Under the pieces are notes generated by a model that saw only the letters and a list, made by a program, of their open reading frames with translations, ran no database searches and was not told the origin of the DNA. Positions 26,947-36,260 of a stretch of DNA of 64,000 nucleotides are shown here, piece after piece; within the stretch, counting starts at the first letter, position 1, and each line of letters begins with the position of its first letter. A program made the translations under genes and the position numbers. The DNA comes from Chloroflexota bacterium (lineage in GTDB: Bacteria > Chloroflexota > UBA6077 > FW602-bin22 > JACPRP01): NCBI GenBank assembly GCA_016189905.1, contig JACPRP010000102.1:9231-73230 (forward strand), read 5' to 3'.

Positions 26947-27574
26947 GCGTTGCATTCTCAAGCTTGGCTGCTTCCAGCCCGGTGAGGGCTCCTTCCACCA
27001 TCGGCTGCACGTGCAGCGGATACCAGTAGGGCTGGGACTGGCCGCGAAGTCGATCTGCCACCTCCAGCGCCCACGATGCGATCTTGTCACGGTCGGGCAG
27101 GCGAAGCGCGTCCAGAGCCCTCCTGCTTCTAGATGCCAGATCGATCGCATCTAGGTACCCGAAATACGTGTTCTTCCTGGACGCCGCCACAGCCTTCGTA
27201 TGAAGCTCGTCGATTTGGGCACGTTCTGGGCATTTTGGCATATGATGACGAGCTAGCCCCTCGCTCAGCAGGCGCAGCCCCGCCTCCGCTTCGGCTCTGG
27301 CCTCGGCCCTCAATCTCTCCATTAGAGCCGTGACGGCCGTCTCTACCCGCTGGAAGTCAGGATCGGACCCGGCTCGCGCGGCGTATCTGCGGTCATCGCG
27401 GATTGCCCGCTCAAGACTCCACACTGCCACGTCGGCCTGCCCGGCAGCCGCCGTGAACTTGGCATGGTTGAAGAAAGCCTCGCTGAGTTTAGGATCGAGC
27501 TCTGTGGCTTGTCCGGCGTAGCGCACCGCGTCCGCGTCGTTTCGCTGTAAATAGCACACAAAGCCAGCGTACAT
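26942..27574 (-). CDS. TPR-repeat protein (C-terminal portion; the reading frame is open upstream of the first ATG)
   Basis: A TPR-like motif YYAAIGYMYAGFVCYLQRNDADAVRYAGQATELDP spans the annotated ATG. The remaining sequence is helical and Ala/Arg-rich. Confidence 0.55.
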   Translation of the reverse strand: MYAGFVCYLQRNDADAVRYAGQATELDPKLSEAFFNHAKFTAAAGQADVAVWSLERAIRDDRRYAARAGSDPDFQRVETAVTALMERLRAEARAEAEAGLRLLSEGLARHHMPKCPERAQIDELHTKAVAASRKNTYFGYLDAIDLASRSRRALDALRLPDRDKIASWALEVADRLRGQSQPYWYPLHVQPMVEGALTGLEAAKLENATL

Positions 27575-28054
27575 ATAGCCAATAGCAGCATAGTATCTTG
27601 ACCGTGGGGTTGCGTACCGGCGCCTGCAACACAGCGAGAATGCTCAGGAGGGACTGCTGCTGTAACTCAAGCGTCCAGAGCAGGCTGCCCGCAGCCCAAC
27701 GAAAGTCAGTTCTCAGTCCTTCAATGCTGCCATGAACTTCCGACAGTCGACGTGAAACATGGGAGAGCCCTGCCGCCAGGGCCGAGCTCATCTCCATTTG
27801 GCCGGCGACAAGCGCCCCGAACCCCTATCCAGAACGCTGGCTGTAAACGCTTGAGCGGCTACGATCGCAGTTGCCGCGCTCGCCTCAGCCCGGACCACAT
27901 CGCGGGCCGCAGAGCCGAGCGCGCTGACCGCCCCGTAGCTAGCGGCAAGGTACTCTCCCCGGTCCATATCCCTCCATATCCCTGTGGTACTCCGCCATCG
28001 GCTCGCCTCCTGCATAGCGACCATTTGCGTTACCCTACACAGAATTGCCCGCAC
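27489..28054 (-). pseudogene. Two overlapping ORF fragments that may be frameshifted N-terminal parts of the TPR gene
   Basis: ORFs 27788..28054, 27489..27797 and 26942..27574 abut or overlap in three frames. The frame changes coincide with G4 and C4 homopolymer runs. Confidence 0.3.
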
Positions 28055-28165
28055 TTTGTCACTTCGTATTGTTTGGGTATACCATATGGCCTCTTTCCGC
28101 TTTCCGACGATAGGGCTAAGGCCCGGCGCATTGTGGAGCCTCTTTGCGCCAGAGCCTTTCTCCCC

Positions 28166-28837
28166 TCACCCCTCCAAGCAGTTCCTAACCGGGGCGAACG
28201 ACCTTCGATGTATAGCGCACGGTCCGAGTCGCCGCAGCGATTCGAGGTGGGCTGGAGTGCCGTAGCCCTTGTTGCTCACGAAGCCATAGCCCGGAAAAAA
28301 GGTATGCTGCGCGACCATCAGACGGTCACGGTATACCTTGGCGACGATCGAGGCCGCGGCGATCGAAAGACATAGTGAATCGCCGTAGAGCACTGGCTTC
28401 TGGGGAAGGCACACGGCGGGCAGCGAAAGGTAGTCGATGAGAAGGTAGTCAGGCCGCGCTGGCAGGTTGGCTACGGCGAGGGCCATCGCCTGGCGTGTGG
28501 CTTCGACTATGCCGTGGGCGTCGACGAAGTCGTGGGGCACGACGCCGACGCCAACCCCGCGCGCCAGGCGCTCGATTTCATGAGAAAGCTCCTCTCGCAT
28601 CTCTGGCGAAAGGAGCTTGGAATCCCGTATCTCGACCATCCTGCCGGTGAACTCGTAGGCTTCTGGCTTAAGGATAACCGCCGCGGCAACCACCGGACCC
28701 GCCAGACAACCTCTGCCGACTTCGTCCATGCCCGCGACGCTCTTGTAGCCAAGCGCCGTCAGGTAAAGCTCATCGGTCGCCACTGGAAGCACATCACCTG
28801 AAGGCTTGCCGGCTCCTGGCTGTCTTCTTCCTGCCAT
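28166..28837 (-). CDS. rnhB: Ribonuclease HII
   Basis: It has GMDEVGRGCLAGPVVAAAVIL (DEVGRG catalytic motif) and DSKLLS. Confidence 0.9.
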   Translation of the reverse strand: MAGRRQPGAGKPSGDVLPVATDELYLTALGYKSVAGMDEVGRGCLAGPVVAAAVILKPEAYEFTGRMVEIRDSKLLSPEMREELSHEIERLARGVGVGVVPHDFVDAHGIVEATRQAMALAVANLPARPDYLLIDYLSLPAVCLPQKPVLYGDSLCLSIAAASIVAKVYRDRLMVAQHTFFPGYGFVSNKGYGTPAHLESLRRLGPCAIHRRSFAPVRNCLEG

Positions 28838-28881
28838 TCCACTACACGGGGGCCAGACGGGCTGGCCACAAGATAAGCTAT

Positions 28882-29244
28882 CTACTTTCCCGTGGGACGT
28901 TCTCTCTTTTCTTTGATCCGGGCGGCCTTACCTACTCGTCCCCGGAGGTAGTAAAGCTGGGCGCGCCGCACGCGGCCACGCCGCACGACCTCGATCTTAT
29001 CGAGACGAGGAGAGTTCAGCAGAAACGTCCTTTCGACCCCGACGGCGTGAGAAATGCGCCGGACGGTGAACGACTTATTGGTCCCGCCGTTGCGAAGACG
29101 CATCACCGTGCCCTCGAACAACTGAATCCTCTCACGGCCACCTTCGACTACTTTGACACTTACGCGGACCGTATCGCCAGGGCCAAAGGACGGGATACCT
29201 TCCTTGAGGTATTGCTCTTCTACGGATTTTACTAGATCAACCAT
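28882..29244 (-). CDS. rplS: 50S ribosomal protein L19
   Basis: It reads [54 protein letters not shown]. The start is set at ATG 29244. Confidence 0.92.
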   Translation of the reverse strand: MVDLVKSVEEQYLKEGIPSFGPGDTVRVSVKVVEGGRERIQLFEGTVMRLRNGGTNKSFTVRRISHAVGVERTFLLNSPRLDKIEVVRRGRVRRAQLYYLRGRVGKAARIKEKRERPTGK

Positions 29245-29359
29245 TTCGAGTAAGACTCCCAATTGGCATTCAATCAACGACATCGCGCATTATAACACAC
29301 CGGCTGCGACAAAAGCAAACTGGCTCAACGCGCGAAACGCGCGAACCCGAATAGCGCTC

Positions 29360-30763
29360 TTACTCGCCCGCGTTTATGCTCACCCTGGCGAACATGCCTG
29401 CCTTAAGGTCGCCTCCGCTGTCCTTCGGGGTCACCTTGACGGTGAACGTGCGCGAGCGAGGATCGATCGCCGGCGCGACGCTGGAAATCGCGCCGGCGAA
29501 GGTCCTGTCAGGATAGGCGGCCACTGAAAAGGAAACCGGCTGCCCGGTGCGAATCTGGCCAGAACGGGCCTCCTCGACCGACAGCACTATCTCCAGATCA
29601 GACGAGATAATCGTGAGTATCGGCGTCTGAGGCGACGCCAGCGCCCCGACCGAAAGGAATTTCTCCGAAACGACGCCGCTTATCGGCGCGATGATATTCG
29701 TCTCCGCGAGCTGCGCCATCACCAGGTCTACGCTAGCCTGCGCCTGGGCCACCGATGCGTCGGCAACATCGAAATCGGCCTTCGTGAAGGGATTTCGAGC
29801 GAGCTTCACCTGCGCTTCAGCCGCGGCCACCGCGTTTTCGATCTGGTTGAGGTCGTGGTCCGTGAGCGGATTCATCGCCATCTCCAGCGCCGCCGTCGCC
29901 TGATCCACCGCGGCCGTCGCCTGATCCAACTGCTCTCTTGTCGCGCCAGCCTTTAGCTCGGCCAGGCGCGCCTCGGCCAGCTTGATCTGCTCCCAGGCAG
30001 CGCCTGCCTGGGCCTCTTTCATAGCCTCGGTAAAAATCAGTTGGCCGAACGCAACCGCCCGGCTGCCGAGATACGCGTCCGCCTGCGTTTGCACGGCGTA
30101 GAGCTGATTCTTTGCGACCCGCACGGCGGTCTCGGCCTGATCGATTTGCTCCGCTGTCGGCCCGGCCTTCAACTGGGCCAGCCTGGCCTCCGCGGCGCGG
30201 AGGCCGGCCGCCGCCTGGGCTACAGTCTCCTTCCGCCCGCCGTCCTGTGCCGCCGCCAGCTTTTCCCTCAACGAATCGAGGTTCGCCTCCGACTGGGCGA
30301 TGGTCTCCGTCCGGCTTCCGGCCTCCATCTGCGCCAGTTTCGCCCTGGCTACCGCGACAGCGGCCTCCACCTGCTTAAGCTGGGCCTCGATACTGGCGCG
30401 ATCGAGATGGCCAATAGTGTCCCCGGCACGGACCACGCTGCCCACCTCGACGCCAAGCGCCTCGATCCGTCCGATGCCTTTGGGAGACAGGATAACCTGA
30501 GCCTTAGGCTTGACGTCACCCGTGTAGGTCAGCATTGCCGCCCGATCATCTTTCAGCGGCGTCCCCTGGGCCTTTCCACCGACGCCAGCACCCCTGTCGT
30601 CGCCCGAAGCCTGAACTGAATTGCTAACCTTCGCCTCGGCGGGCCGCGCCGAGGCGGTGGATTGGTCAGCTCGCTTCTCATTCGGCGCGGCCGCGTTGCA
30701 GCCAACCACCTGCAATGCCAATAGCACAATTACGCACAACATTCCGACCAGTCTGGCATTCAT
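29360..30763 (-). CDS. HlyD/MacA-family periplasmic adaptor (membrane-fusion) lipoprotein with a long coiled coil
   Basis: It has a signal peptide plus lipobox (LLALQVVGC), a barrel-sandwich motif (VGSVVRAGDTIGHLD), long Ala/Gln/Glu heptad regions, and a C-terminal beta-barrel. The start is set at ATG 30763, preceded by GAGGA. The track ORF extends to 30859 through a tandem repeat. Confidence 0.75.
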   Translation of the reverse strand: MNARLVGMLCVIVLLALQVVGCNAAAPNEKRADQSTASARPAEAKVSNSVQASGDDRGAGVGGKAQGTPLKDDRAAMLTYTGDVKPKAQVILSPKGIGRIEALGVEVGSVVRAGDTIGHLDRASIEAQLKQVEAAVAVARAKLAQMEAGSRTETIAQSEANLDSLREKLAAAQDGGRKETVAQAAAGLRAAEARLAQLKAGPTAEQIDQAETAVRVAKNQLYAVQTQADAYLGSRAVAFGQLIFTEAMKEAQAGAAWEQIKLAEARLAELKAGATREQLDQATAAVDQATAALEMAMNPLTDHDLNQIENAVAAAEAQVKLARNPFTKADFDVADASVAQAQASVDLVMAQLAETNIIAPISGVVSEKFLSVGALASPQTPILTIISSDLEIVLSVEEARSGQIRTGQPVSFSVAAYPDRTFAGAISSVAPAIDPRSRTFTVKVTPKDSGGDLKAGMFARVSINAGE

Positions 30764-30773
30764 CGTTATCCTC

Positions 30774-30833
30774 GGGCGCATTCTCGGGCGCATTCTAGGG
30801 CGCATTCTAGGGCGCATTCTAGGGCGCATTCTC
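30774..30833. repeat. Tandem repeat, 5 x 12 bp (GGGCGCATTCTM)
   Basis: Units lie at 30774, 30786, 30798, 30810 and 30822. On the minus strand each unit reads ATG CGC CC(T/G) (A/C)GA, that is MRPR, in frame with the adaptor gene. Confidence 0.95.
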
Positions 30834-31172
30834 GTGCTCTTCACTGTTCGCGCCATCATCTCGAAAGAACCCCCTTTCGCGTCGTCGCGACTCGCGATGA
30901 AGCCCCTGCCTCACGGCAACCACTCTGGCCCTCCCGATAGCTTGGAATCCCGACAGCGTCGGGACGGCACATTGCACGCCCTGAAATGTATCGGGGTGGA
31001 GGATTACCCCTACGCCGCCTGGGCGATGGCTCATACCTATCGCAATTCGCAGTAGACATCAGAAACAAAGATACTTCCCGCGAGGGCGTTTGTCAATCGG
31101 TCACGTAAGCCAGGCATCCAAACGGGCAGAACACAAGTCGTGACAAGGTTATTAACCCGCTCTTTCACGTTC

Positions 31173-31201
31173 TTGACGCCCCACCGCCACCATGCTATAG
31201 T
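31173..31201 (+). promoter_or_regulatory. Candidate sigma-70-type promoter (TTGACG-N17-TATAGT)
   Basis: The -35 lies at 31173..31178 and the -10 at 31196..31201, with a 17-nt spacer. It is about 140 nt upstream of the SH3b membrane protein gene. Confidence 0.5.
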
Positions 31202-31343
31202 ACCCACACACAGAACCCACGAGGCATCTGGCTGGTTTGTCGGCAAGCACCGGCGCTGGGCGAAGCGCACGTCCCTTGAGGTTTCAGGCCACATCCGCTA
31301 ATAAGCACACAGAGCCTAAACACTAGCTGGCAGGAACTGTGAA

Positions 31344-32600
31344 ATGAACCAGGTAGTCGGACTGATCTTCTTGGTGTTGCTCCTAGCCTTTTCACTTACC
31401 CTTTTTGCCCTGGCAAGCGCCGCTCTGCGCGCGTATCGTGAGGGAGACATCGCGACTGCGCGCCGCCCGATTATGGTCTTCACGGTTCTGGCAGCCGTGG
31501 TCTCCGCGAGCATCGCGACGTGGGCCAACGCCGCGCTCGCCTTCGCTCTCGCCAACATAGGTTATCTCATCGATTGGGCAGGCCAGATGCTCCTCGCCTA
31601 TCCCCTATCCTGGATCGGCCTTGGGCCTCTCGCCGTGGGCGCTGCGGCCCTATTACTCTCCCCAGGGCCACGCGGCTGGATCGGGGAGAATTACCTGGTC
31701 GTCTCTGTCATCACACTGATCGTCGCGGCTACCGGTTGGCTGATCGCGTCATTGCTGACCATCGGCGGGGGATGGCCGATCGTCGCCATCGTCATCCTAC
31801 TCGGCGTCGTGGCCGGGCTGGGCAACCATGGCCTGATGTTCGTCCCGCATCTCGACGACGGCCCGCGCATCGGGGAAAGCTCGTTTTCTGCCATCCCCCG
31901 CATCGCAGGTACGCGCGTGAGACGAAATGTATATCGCGCCGGCGGATTGCTCTCCGCGGCGCCCCAGCAATTCATCAGAAAGGAAACGGTCATAGCCACC
32001 CTCGCGATGGCCATCATCGCGGCAGCCTGGCTCCTCTATACGAACCGTCCGCCGGAATCACCTCGCCAGCCAATAATCTCAACCCCAGGCCCAAGCTCGG
32101 GCCCCACGGCCCCTGCCGGCGTAGTGTCGCTGCCGAGCCCCACCTCGGCTCCTCAGATCATCGGATACAAGATTACCAACACCGATGGGCAGGGCATCCT
32201 CCTTCGTGAGCAACCGAGCCGCGAAAGCAAGGTGCTGCTTTCACTTGCCGACGGCGCGTCAGTAGAGCCTGCCGACAAGGAGGTCGTCGAGGCTGAAGGC
32301 ATCAAGTGGCAGAAGATCAAGGTCGGCGGCGGCGTAGTCGGGTGGACGTCGACGGAGTTTCTCCAACCAGCGTACGCCCTGGGCTTCGTCAAGGTCACTA
32401 ACACCGGCGGCGAGGGCGTTCTTCTGCGCGCCAAGCCAGGCAAGGTGGGCGGGGCCATCGGCGTGCTGCAAGAGGGCAACGAGCTACGCGTCGTCGGGCC
32501 CGACGTCGATGCCGAGGGCAAGACCTGGCGAAACGTGAGCGACGCGAAAGGAACAGCCGGCTGGGCTTCGGCGGAGTACCTGACGCCAATCAACCGGTAG
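31344..32600 (+). CDS. Polytopic membrane protein with two C-terminal bacterial SH3 (SH3b) domains
   Basis: About 7 TM helices are followed by a Pro/Ser linker and two related modules (GYKITNTDGQGILLREQPS...VVGWTSTEFLQP and GFVKVTNTGGEGVLLRAKPG...TAGWASAEYLTP). Confidence 0.65.
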   Translation: MNQVVGLIFLVLLLAFSLTLFALASAALRAYREGDIATARRPIMVFTVLAAVVSASIATWANAALAFALANIGYLIDWAGQMLLAYPLSWIGLGPLAVGAAALLLSPGPRGWIGENYLVVSVITLIVAATGWLIASLLTIGGGWPIVAIVILLGVVAGLGNHGLMFVPHLDDGPRIGESSFSAIPRIAGTRVRRNVYRAGGLLSAAPQQFIRKETVIATLAMAIIAAAWLLYTNRPPESPRQPIISTPGPSSGPTAPAGVVSLPSPTSAPQIIGYKITNTDGQGILLREQPSRESKVLLSLADGASVEPADKEVVEAEGIKWQKIKVGGGVVGWTSTEFLQPAYALGFVKVTNTGGEGVLLRAKPGKVGGAIGVLQEGNELRVVGPDVDAEGKTWRNVSDAKGTAGWASAEYLTPINR

Positions 32601-32855
32601 AGTTTGCCGCCCTCTCTTTTTTCTTGCCTTTTGCTGGGCCATATGCTAAACTACTTTGGAGAATCTGAGCGGATTGCGTTGCAGCCATGAAGAGATAGAC
32701 GTGAAAGCGCATAGTGCTCGGCCAGTGAGCTAAGGCTCGTTGGGCCGAGCGTTTGCCTATAACGGCACTTCTCCTGGCTTGATGCAGGGCAATGATCGAC
32801 GGCACGAAATCTCAGGTTCATCACCAGGCGTGCCGCCCGCCAGTGGAGGTCGAAG

Positions 32856-34328
32856 TTGGAAAATCTGACTCCTGAGGCAATCGTCAAGGAGCTGGACAAG
32901 TACATAGTTGGACAGTCCGATGCCAAGCGCGCTGTGGCAGTCGCGCTGCGCAATCGTTACCGTCGTAAGCTGCTCCCAGATAACGTGCGCCGCGAGATAA
33001 CTCCGAAGAACATATTGATGATCGGGCCGACGGGCGTCGGCAAGACGGAGATCGCGCGCAGGGTGAGCAGGCTCATCGATGCCCCCTTCGTAAAGGTCGA
33101 GGCGACGAGGTTCACCGAGGTTGGGTACGTCGGACGTGATGTCGAAGCGATCGTACACGAGCTCATGGAGAACAGCGTCAGCATGGTACACGAACAGAAG
33201 ATGCAAGAGGTGCTGGCCAAAGCCGAGGGACTGGCCCTGGAGCGGATCATCACGTACGTCTGTCAGCAAGCGTCTCCGGCCAACGCGCGCAGCTCAAGAA
33301 AGGCGCAGCAAGGCGCGGCCACGCAAACGATGGTCATGAACTCGCCGGCGATGGCGACCCAGTCCACCACGGCGTGTGATGTCCCGCGCGACGAGGTCTT
33401 ACACTCCTCGCGGACGAAACGCTTCAAGGCGCCGGCACAGCAGCGAAGACGAATGGCCGAGATGCTCGAAAGCCATCAATTGGACGACATGATGATCGAA
33501 ATCGAGCTCAATGGCGAGATGGATAACTTCGACTCGGTGCTAGAGTTCTCCGGCGCGATGACGACCGACGAGATGACCGAGACCTTCAACGATTTTGTGC
33601 AGAATTACACATCCTACTCGACGCGTAAGCGCCTGCGCAGGGTATCCGTGAAGGAAGCCCGGCGCTTGCTGACCCGAGAAGAAGCCAACAAGCTCATCGA
33701 CTTCGACCAGGTCATCGAGGAAGCCATACGTCGCGCCGAGGAGTCAGGCGTGGTATTCATCGACGAGATGGACAAAGTAACCGGCCCGCGGGTCGACATA
33801 GGCGCCGACGTTTCGGGCGAAGGGGTGCAGCGCGATCTGCTGCCAATCGTCGAAGGGTCGACGGTTATGACGCGCTACGGCGCGGTGAAGACTGATTTCG
33901 TTTTGTTCATCGCCGCCGGCGCTTTTCACCAAACGAAGCCATCGGATCTGATCCCCGAGCTTCAGGGCCGTTTCCCGCTCCGCGTCGAACTGCAGAGCTT
34001 GAGCCAGGCTGACTTCGAGCGCATACTCGCGGAACCGGAGAGCTCGCTCATCAAACAGTACCAGGCGTTGCTCTCGACGGAAGAGATCGAGCTCGTGTTC
34101 ACGGAAGATGGCATAGTTGAAATCGCCAAAATGGGCGCGCTGATGAACCAGCGCATGGAGAACATCGGTGCACGTCGCCTGCAGACCATTATGGAGCGTG
34201 TGCTCGAAGATATCTCGTTCAACGCCCACTTGCACAAGGGAGAGAAGGTCGTCGTGGACGCCAGGTATGTAGGCGAGCGCCTGGCTGATCTGGTACACGA
34301 TGAGGACCTGAGCAAGTATATATTGTAA
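32856..34328 (+). CDS. hslU: ATP-dependent protease ATPase subunit HslU
   Basis: It reads LTPEAIVKELDKYIVGQSDAKRAVAVALRNRYRR, has Walker A GPTGVGKTEIARR and Walker B VFIDEMDK, and continues with SDLIPELQGRFP. The start is TTG. Confidence 0.92.
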   Translation: MENLTPEAIVKELDKYIVGQSDAKRAVAVALRNRYRRKLLPDNVRREITPKNILMIGPTGVGKTEIARRVSRLIDAPFVKVEATRFTEVGYVGRDVEAIVHELMENSVSMVHEQKMQEVLAKAEGLALERIITYVCQQASPANARSSRKAQQGAATQTMVMNSPAMATQSTTACDVPRDEVLHSSRTKRFKAPAQQRRRMAEMLESHQLDDMMIEIELNGEMDNFDSVLEFSGAMTTDEMTETFNDFVQNYTSYSTRKRLRRVSVKEARRLLTREEANKLIDFDQVIEEAIRRAEESGVVFIDEMDKVTGPRVDIGADVSGEGVQRDLLPIVEGSTVMTRYGAVKTDFVLFIAAGAFHQTKPSDLIPELQGRFPLRVELQSLSQADFERILAEPESSLIKQYQALLSTEEIELVFTEDGIVEIAKMGALMNQRMENIGARRLQTIMERVLEDISFNAHLHKGEKVVVDARYVGERLADLVHDEDLSKYIL

Positions 34329-34361
34329 CCTTGCTCGCCACTCTTGGTACATGGTATACTC

Positions 34362-34390
34362 TTTGGGGCCCTGATAATCAGGGCCCCAAA
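34362..34390 (+). terminator. Hairpin downstream of hslU (terminator-like, no clear U-tract)
   Basis: It reads tttggggccctg-ataat-cagggccccaaa, a 12-bp stem. Confidence 0.4.
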
Positions 34391-34606
34391 CTGGGATATT
34401 TAAGATACTTTCAAATCAGGCGTTAGCCTGCAATACACACGTCTCCCGACTGACTGGGATGTGCCGTATCGAAGGACGCTCATCAGTTCGTCTGAACGGT
34501 CCTCAGCAGGAGGAAGGAGGCGGAAGCAGGGCCCCGGCCGGCAGCACCAGGCGCGCATTATGGCGGAGCCGACGGTAAGGGGCTCGGATAACAAAGGAGG
34601 TTAATA

Positions 34607-35545
34607 TTGGCAAGCGTAGTATCAATGAAAGCGCTGCTGGAGGCGGGCGTACACTTCGGGCATCACACGCGACGTTGGGACCCGAGGATGAAGCCCTACA
34701 TCTTCACCGAGCGAAACGGCATCCACATCATCGACCTGCAGCAAACCGTCGTTAAGCTGGGCGAGGCCTATAACTTCGTTCGTGACCTGGTTGCAAACGG
34801 GGGAACAATCCTCTTTGTGGGCACGAAGAAGCAGGCCCAGGAAGCAGTCGAGCAGGAAGCGAAAAGGTGTGGAATGTTTTATGTCAGCCAGCGATGGCTG
34901 GGCGGAATGCTAACGAATTTCCGCACGATACAGACCCGCATCAAGCGGCTCGAGGAAATCGAGCGGATGAGAACTGATGGTGAGATGGAGCGCCTGCCTA
35001 AGAAAGAGGCAGCCCAACTCGAAGAGGAGGCCGCTCGTCTTGAGCGCCTGCTGGGCGGCATAAAGCAGATGAAGTTGCTGCCCGAGGCCGTCTTCATCGT
35101 CGACCCGCACAAGGAACGCATCGCAGTTGCCGAGGCACGACGGCTGGAAATCCCTATTATCGCCTTGGTGGATACTAACTGTAATCCGCACGAGATTGAT
35201 TACGTTATTCCTGCCAACGATGATGCGATCCGCGCCGTCAAGCTGCTGTGCGGCAAGACAGCCGATGCGGTGGTGGAAGGACAGAATATCCGCCAGTCGC
35301 TGGCCGCCGAAGAAGAGGCCGAGGCAATGGCAGCGGCTGAACAGAAGGCAGCAGCGGTGGCTGGACCGGCGGAAACTGTCGCGCCAGCGGTGGAAGTCGC
35401 CGGCGAGAATGAGCCCGCCGTGGCTGCCAGCGCCGCAACGGAGTCGGCAACTTCAACAGACGTAAATGCTTCTGAGACTGAAACCGAGGGCAAAGCCCCG
35501 AGCGAAGCCGGCGAGCACAGCCAAGAGACTGAGGCAATAGCCTGA
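34607..35545 (+). CDS. rpsB: 30S ribosomal protein S2 with an Ala/Glu-rich C-terminal extension
   Basis: It reads [40 protein letters not shown]. The start is TTG, preceded by AAAGGAGG. Confidence 0.95.
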   Translation: MASVVSMKALLEAGVHFGHHTRRWDPRMKPYIFTERNGIHIIDLQQTVVKLGEAYNFVRDLVANGGTILFVGTKKQAQEAVEQEAKRCGMFYVSQRWLGGMLTNFRTIQTRIKRLEEIERMRTDGEMERLPKKEAAQLEEEAARLERLLGGIKQMKLLPEAVFIVDPHKERIAVAEARRLEIPIIALVDTNCNPHEIDYVIPANDDAIRAVKLLCGKTADAVVEGQNIRQSLAAEEEAEAMAAAEQKAAAVAGPAETVAPAVEVAGENEPAVAASAATESATSTDVNASETETEGKAPSEAGEHSQETEAIA

Positions 35546-35693
35546 CGCGGGGCTTTGCCGATTGGATAGTCCCACTCGAATTGGCATGCTGCAGAGGCAC
35601 GGTGAAGCCGATTAGGCACTCGCGCGGCATCGAGAGAGCCAGATAGTCGGTGGCATCTGCCTCTGCGCAACGCAACTCACACGGAGGAGTAGT

Positions 35694-36197
35694 TTGGATA
35701 TCTCTGCGAGCGCAGTCAAGGAACTTAGAGAGAAAACTGGCGCCGGCGTAATGGAATGCAAGCGAGCTCTCGTCGATGCCAAAGGCGACGTGGAGAAGGC
35801 GATAGAGATTCTGCGCCAGGCAGGCCTCGCCAGAGCGGAGAAGAAGATGGAGAGAGTCGCCTCCCAGGGCATCATCGACGCCTACATTCACGCCGGAGGC
35901 AGAATCGGCGCGATGGTCGAGCTCAACTGTGAGACAGACTTCGTTGCCCGCAACGATGAGTTCAAGGCATTGGCACATGAAATCGCGATGCAGATAGCGG
36001 CGACGGCGCCAAAGTACATCACCGGGCAAGAGATGCCCGAAGAAGAGAAAAACCAGGCGCCAGAGCTAGCGCTGCTGGATCAGCCGTTTATCAAGGACCC
36101 GAAGCGAACGGTGTCCGACATCATCAAAGACAAGATCGCCAAGTTCGGAGAAAACATCGTCGTACGTCGTTTCGTTCGCTTCGAGCTGGGTGCATAA
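35694..36197 (+). CDS. tsf: Elongation factor Ts (short form)
   Basis: It reads AVKELREKTGAGVMECKRALVDAKGDVEKAIEILR and then GRIGAMVELNCETDFVARN. Confidence 0.9.
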   Translation: MDISASAVKELREKTGAGVMECKRALVDAKGDVEKAIEILRQAGLARAEKKMERVASQGIIDAYIHAGGRIGAMVELNCETDFVARNDEFKALAHEIAMQIAATAPKYITGQEMPEEEKNQAPELALLDQPFIKDPKRTVSDIIKDKIAKFGENIVVRRFVRFELGA

Positions 36198-36260
36198 AAA
36201 GAACTGCAAGTGTCTGCGGCCTGGCGCGCCAGGCATTCTGCTTTTGGCGAGGGAGAGGTC

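Noticed and set aside
30860-31343. Small ORFs in the HlyD / SH3b divergent spacer (30856..31068, 31037..31294 and 31195..31395, all on the minus strand)
   Set aside because: They have no RBS, odd composition and mutual overlaps. The region is better explained as a promoter/leader region (TTGACG-N17-TATAGT at 31173..31201).
34481-34540. Possible SRP (4.5S) RNA domain IV, suggested by the strings ggtcc...ggaagcag
   Set aside because: The canonical GGUCCGGAAGGAAGCAGC core with a GNAR tetraloop and flanking symmetric/asymmetric loops is not present. The match is interrupted by a 19-nt purine run, and I could not find a pairing 3' strand.
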